Source of the DNA: Podarcis melisellensis
Taxonomy: Eukaryota
Assembly: GCA_964234715.1 (NCBI GenBank)
Contig: OZ174277.1
Direction: 5' to 3' (one strand)
Length of the DNA stretch: 64,000 bases
The position numbers and the translations under genes are program-made. This document shows, piece by piece, positions 61,611 to 64,000 of this stretch (positions are counted from its first letter, which is position 1; each line of letters opens with the position of its first letter). The notes beneath the pieces are model-generated. The model worked only from the letters and a program-made list of their open reading frames with translations. It was not told where the DNA came from and made no database searches.

Positions 61611-64000
61611 CTGGATTTAGTAATTGGAACTGAAGTGAAAATAATGGTTGCTCACTCTGTGTGTTGTTGGAAAGCTGTTTAAATATCGTTGAATAGTTTG
61701 GTTACTTGTGTTTCATGGTCATTCTGAAGGCTGTATAGAAACACTACAACAATCCAAAAGTTGAAAATCTATCTTTGCCATTATTGTATTTTTTATATTT
61801 TGTTTAGAAATGCTGACTTCATTCTTCACAGCTTTCTGTCTGTAGTTCTTTGAGGTTCCGAGCTATAGGTAAAATAGGTTCTGTGGGAGCAGGAGTGAAA
61901 TGTATAAACTGTGTTGCAGTTTTGGTCTCTTGTTTCCCTGCCTGCCTTTCAAAAATGTGGATAAAACCCTTGGTCCCATGACAATTAAATCTGTGGCAAC
62001 ATGTATTAAAGAGATTTGCCTTAAAACTTAGAGAGAGTTCCATAGTTCTGTGAATTAGGGTCTATTTCTTAAACAATTTAAGTGCATTAAAACTCAGGAA
62101 TTTGCTGCTTGTCTGCTTGTCTATATCAAATGGTGCATGTGTGTATTGATTAGTTGATACTACAAGAAGTGTGCTTTAACTGAAGATATGCACATGGATT
62201 CAACAGCTAAAAACTCAGGAAAAAAAGCGAAAGAGATGGGGAGGATATTCATGTGACTCAACCCTTGAGTGTTTTCCTTCCTGTCTAAAGGTCATATATC
62301 TACACTAGATCCATTGTATTTTTCCACTTTGTGGTCACTTGCCTAACATTCTGTTACTGCTAAAATCTTCTTGTTGGTTATATGGGTATTGCTGACAAAT
62401 TGCAGTAGTTGAAAAAGAGCAATGAGATTTGATTTAGCCTACCTTTTTGTTTTGGAAAACAGTTGTCATACAGATAAGATAACATTGTTGCATGCAAGTT
62501 TAATGAAGATTCCAGGCTGATATGTGATATATGACCTCCTAAACCCAATCCATTGTACCCTATGGCATCTACTACAGCATCATAAAGTTCCTGTCTTGGT
62601 TTGTGTTGTGGGTGTGCCAGCTAAGAGGCATTTCATCCTAAGTACTTGTTCCATAGGCCCAAGGAAACAGTTGCATCTCGATACAGCTAATGTAGTGGAC
62701 AATTGTATCTCCATGGAGAGGGGATTGTACGTCTGGGATAGCACAACAGAAAAGGCTCTGTTCCATATGGTCTTACCATATACTGTAGCTGTAGATGGAA
62801 CTATGACCAGAGTCACAGATTTTATAGCATGAGTTATTCTGTAACAGGGAAAATGATATTTCAAGTACTTAGAGCCCAAAGTCAACAACCTAAGGAGGCA
62901 GCTGGGGCTGATATTTAAGGATAGATGTCATAAGATTCCGTTTCATGGCAAAATTTGATTAAAATCAATACAGGTTTAAAAGGTTCATTCTGCCATCTTG
63001 ATTCAATGTGTTAAGAGGTATCCAAATGCATGGAGAACAGTTAATCAACTTTACGAAATATTTAGTAGCTAAGAGTGAATTCACTGGGTAAAGAATTCAT
63101 GTTTGATGCAGACTACTACTAAGCGTACTTTGGACAGTGTATGCCTAATGTCAAAGTTCCTTATAATTTAAATGTAGCTATGATAAAAAAGCTTCAGTCA
63201 TTTATTTCACATTAGTAAAATACGGGGTAGTGAATAGGACCATATCAGTCTCTTTTGGGGAACATTTTGTAACAAGAGTCACATTCTGTTTGATACAGCT
63301 GTGTGTGGGCTTTAGAAAGGAAGTGGCTTATGTCAAAAGCAGTGAGAAACATTTTAAAATGTTTTTGAGCTTCACTTTGTATATACACCTACACTGGAAA
63401 AAATGACACTCCCAAGACTTTTTCCCTGAGATGTTTTATCTTGCAGTCTTAAAGGTAGCATACTATATTTGAAAGAACACCACTTTAAAAGCTAGGGCAG
63501 ATTTATTTTGCATATCAACAGGAAATCAGTGGAAATGTTTTGCTATGTATGGCTGAATAATGAAATAATGTTTAGTGTTCTCTTCTGTTATTACATAGTT
63601 CTGTTTTAAACAAACCCTGTTAATATTTGAAAATCTGGGATTTGTTATGTTAAAGATAAGAGCAATTATACATATTCTGCTGGAATTATTTGTTTGGATT
63701 TTTTGCCACAAGGCTTAGAGTAGGTCCCAATATTTTAGAGGCTAGAAGCAGAAGAATAATCTATATTTTATAAATAAAGGTTTGTCCTTTGGTCCTTGTA
63801 GAAAACCACTTCCTGGTTATTGTTGTCTGGCTATCATGTTTCACCATCCCAACCCCATCTCTGAAACCTCTTTTCTATTCTGCAGCCCCATTTTTACCTT
63901 CACCACCATGCCCATGCCTCTCCTTCCTTCCTTTTGTGCAACCCTCCCCCTTGCGCACGAACAACCCCCATGGCAACCTGCATTTTCCTTCTCCCACACA

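Noticed and set aside
63870-64000. HBS1L canonical exon 5 after the acceptor-like ttttctattctgcag
   Set aside because: Downstream sequence does not translate to HBS1L long-isoform residues; that exon lies beyond the window.

Overview
Eukaryotic (squamate reptile, probably lacertid lizard) genomic DNA spanning the head-to-head MYB / HBS1L locus. Left: a CpG island holding the promoter, 5'UTR and 23-nt first coding exon of c-MYB on the minus strand (ATG at 5307, MARRPRH(S)). MYB intron 1 runs off the window start, and exon 2 is not in the window. Right: a second CpG island with HBS1L on the plus strand. Coding exons 1-4 (51711-56581) are followed by the large alternative terminal exon (about 57131-58623) encoding the SKI7-like short isoform HBS1LV3/HBS1L3 (about 641 aa), then a probable long 3'UTR. 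The GTPase exons of the long isoform lie beyond the window. The ~46 kb intergenic interval, orthologous to the human HMIP erythroid enhancer region, is filled with squamate repeats: BovB, L2, CR1 and RTE LINE fragments, Sauria and tRNA-derived SINEs, Tc1/mariner-type and hAT MITEs, and a Penelope remnant. Most ORFs in the supplied track are repeat-derived or chance. Best leads: a ~19-20-aa periodic SLxDL-type motif array in the SKI7 exon; an acceptor/donor overlap (AG|GTAAG) at the SKI7 exon entrance; an R->T change in the RxxxFxxxL exosome-binding motif; a hammerhead-ribozyme core in the Penelope remnant; G-quadruplex turnover and an out-of-frame uATG in the MYB leader; and possible decayed coding exons at 34-38 kb. 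Comparisons to human sequences are from memory and need alignment to confirm.
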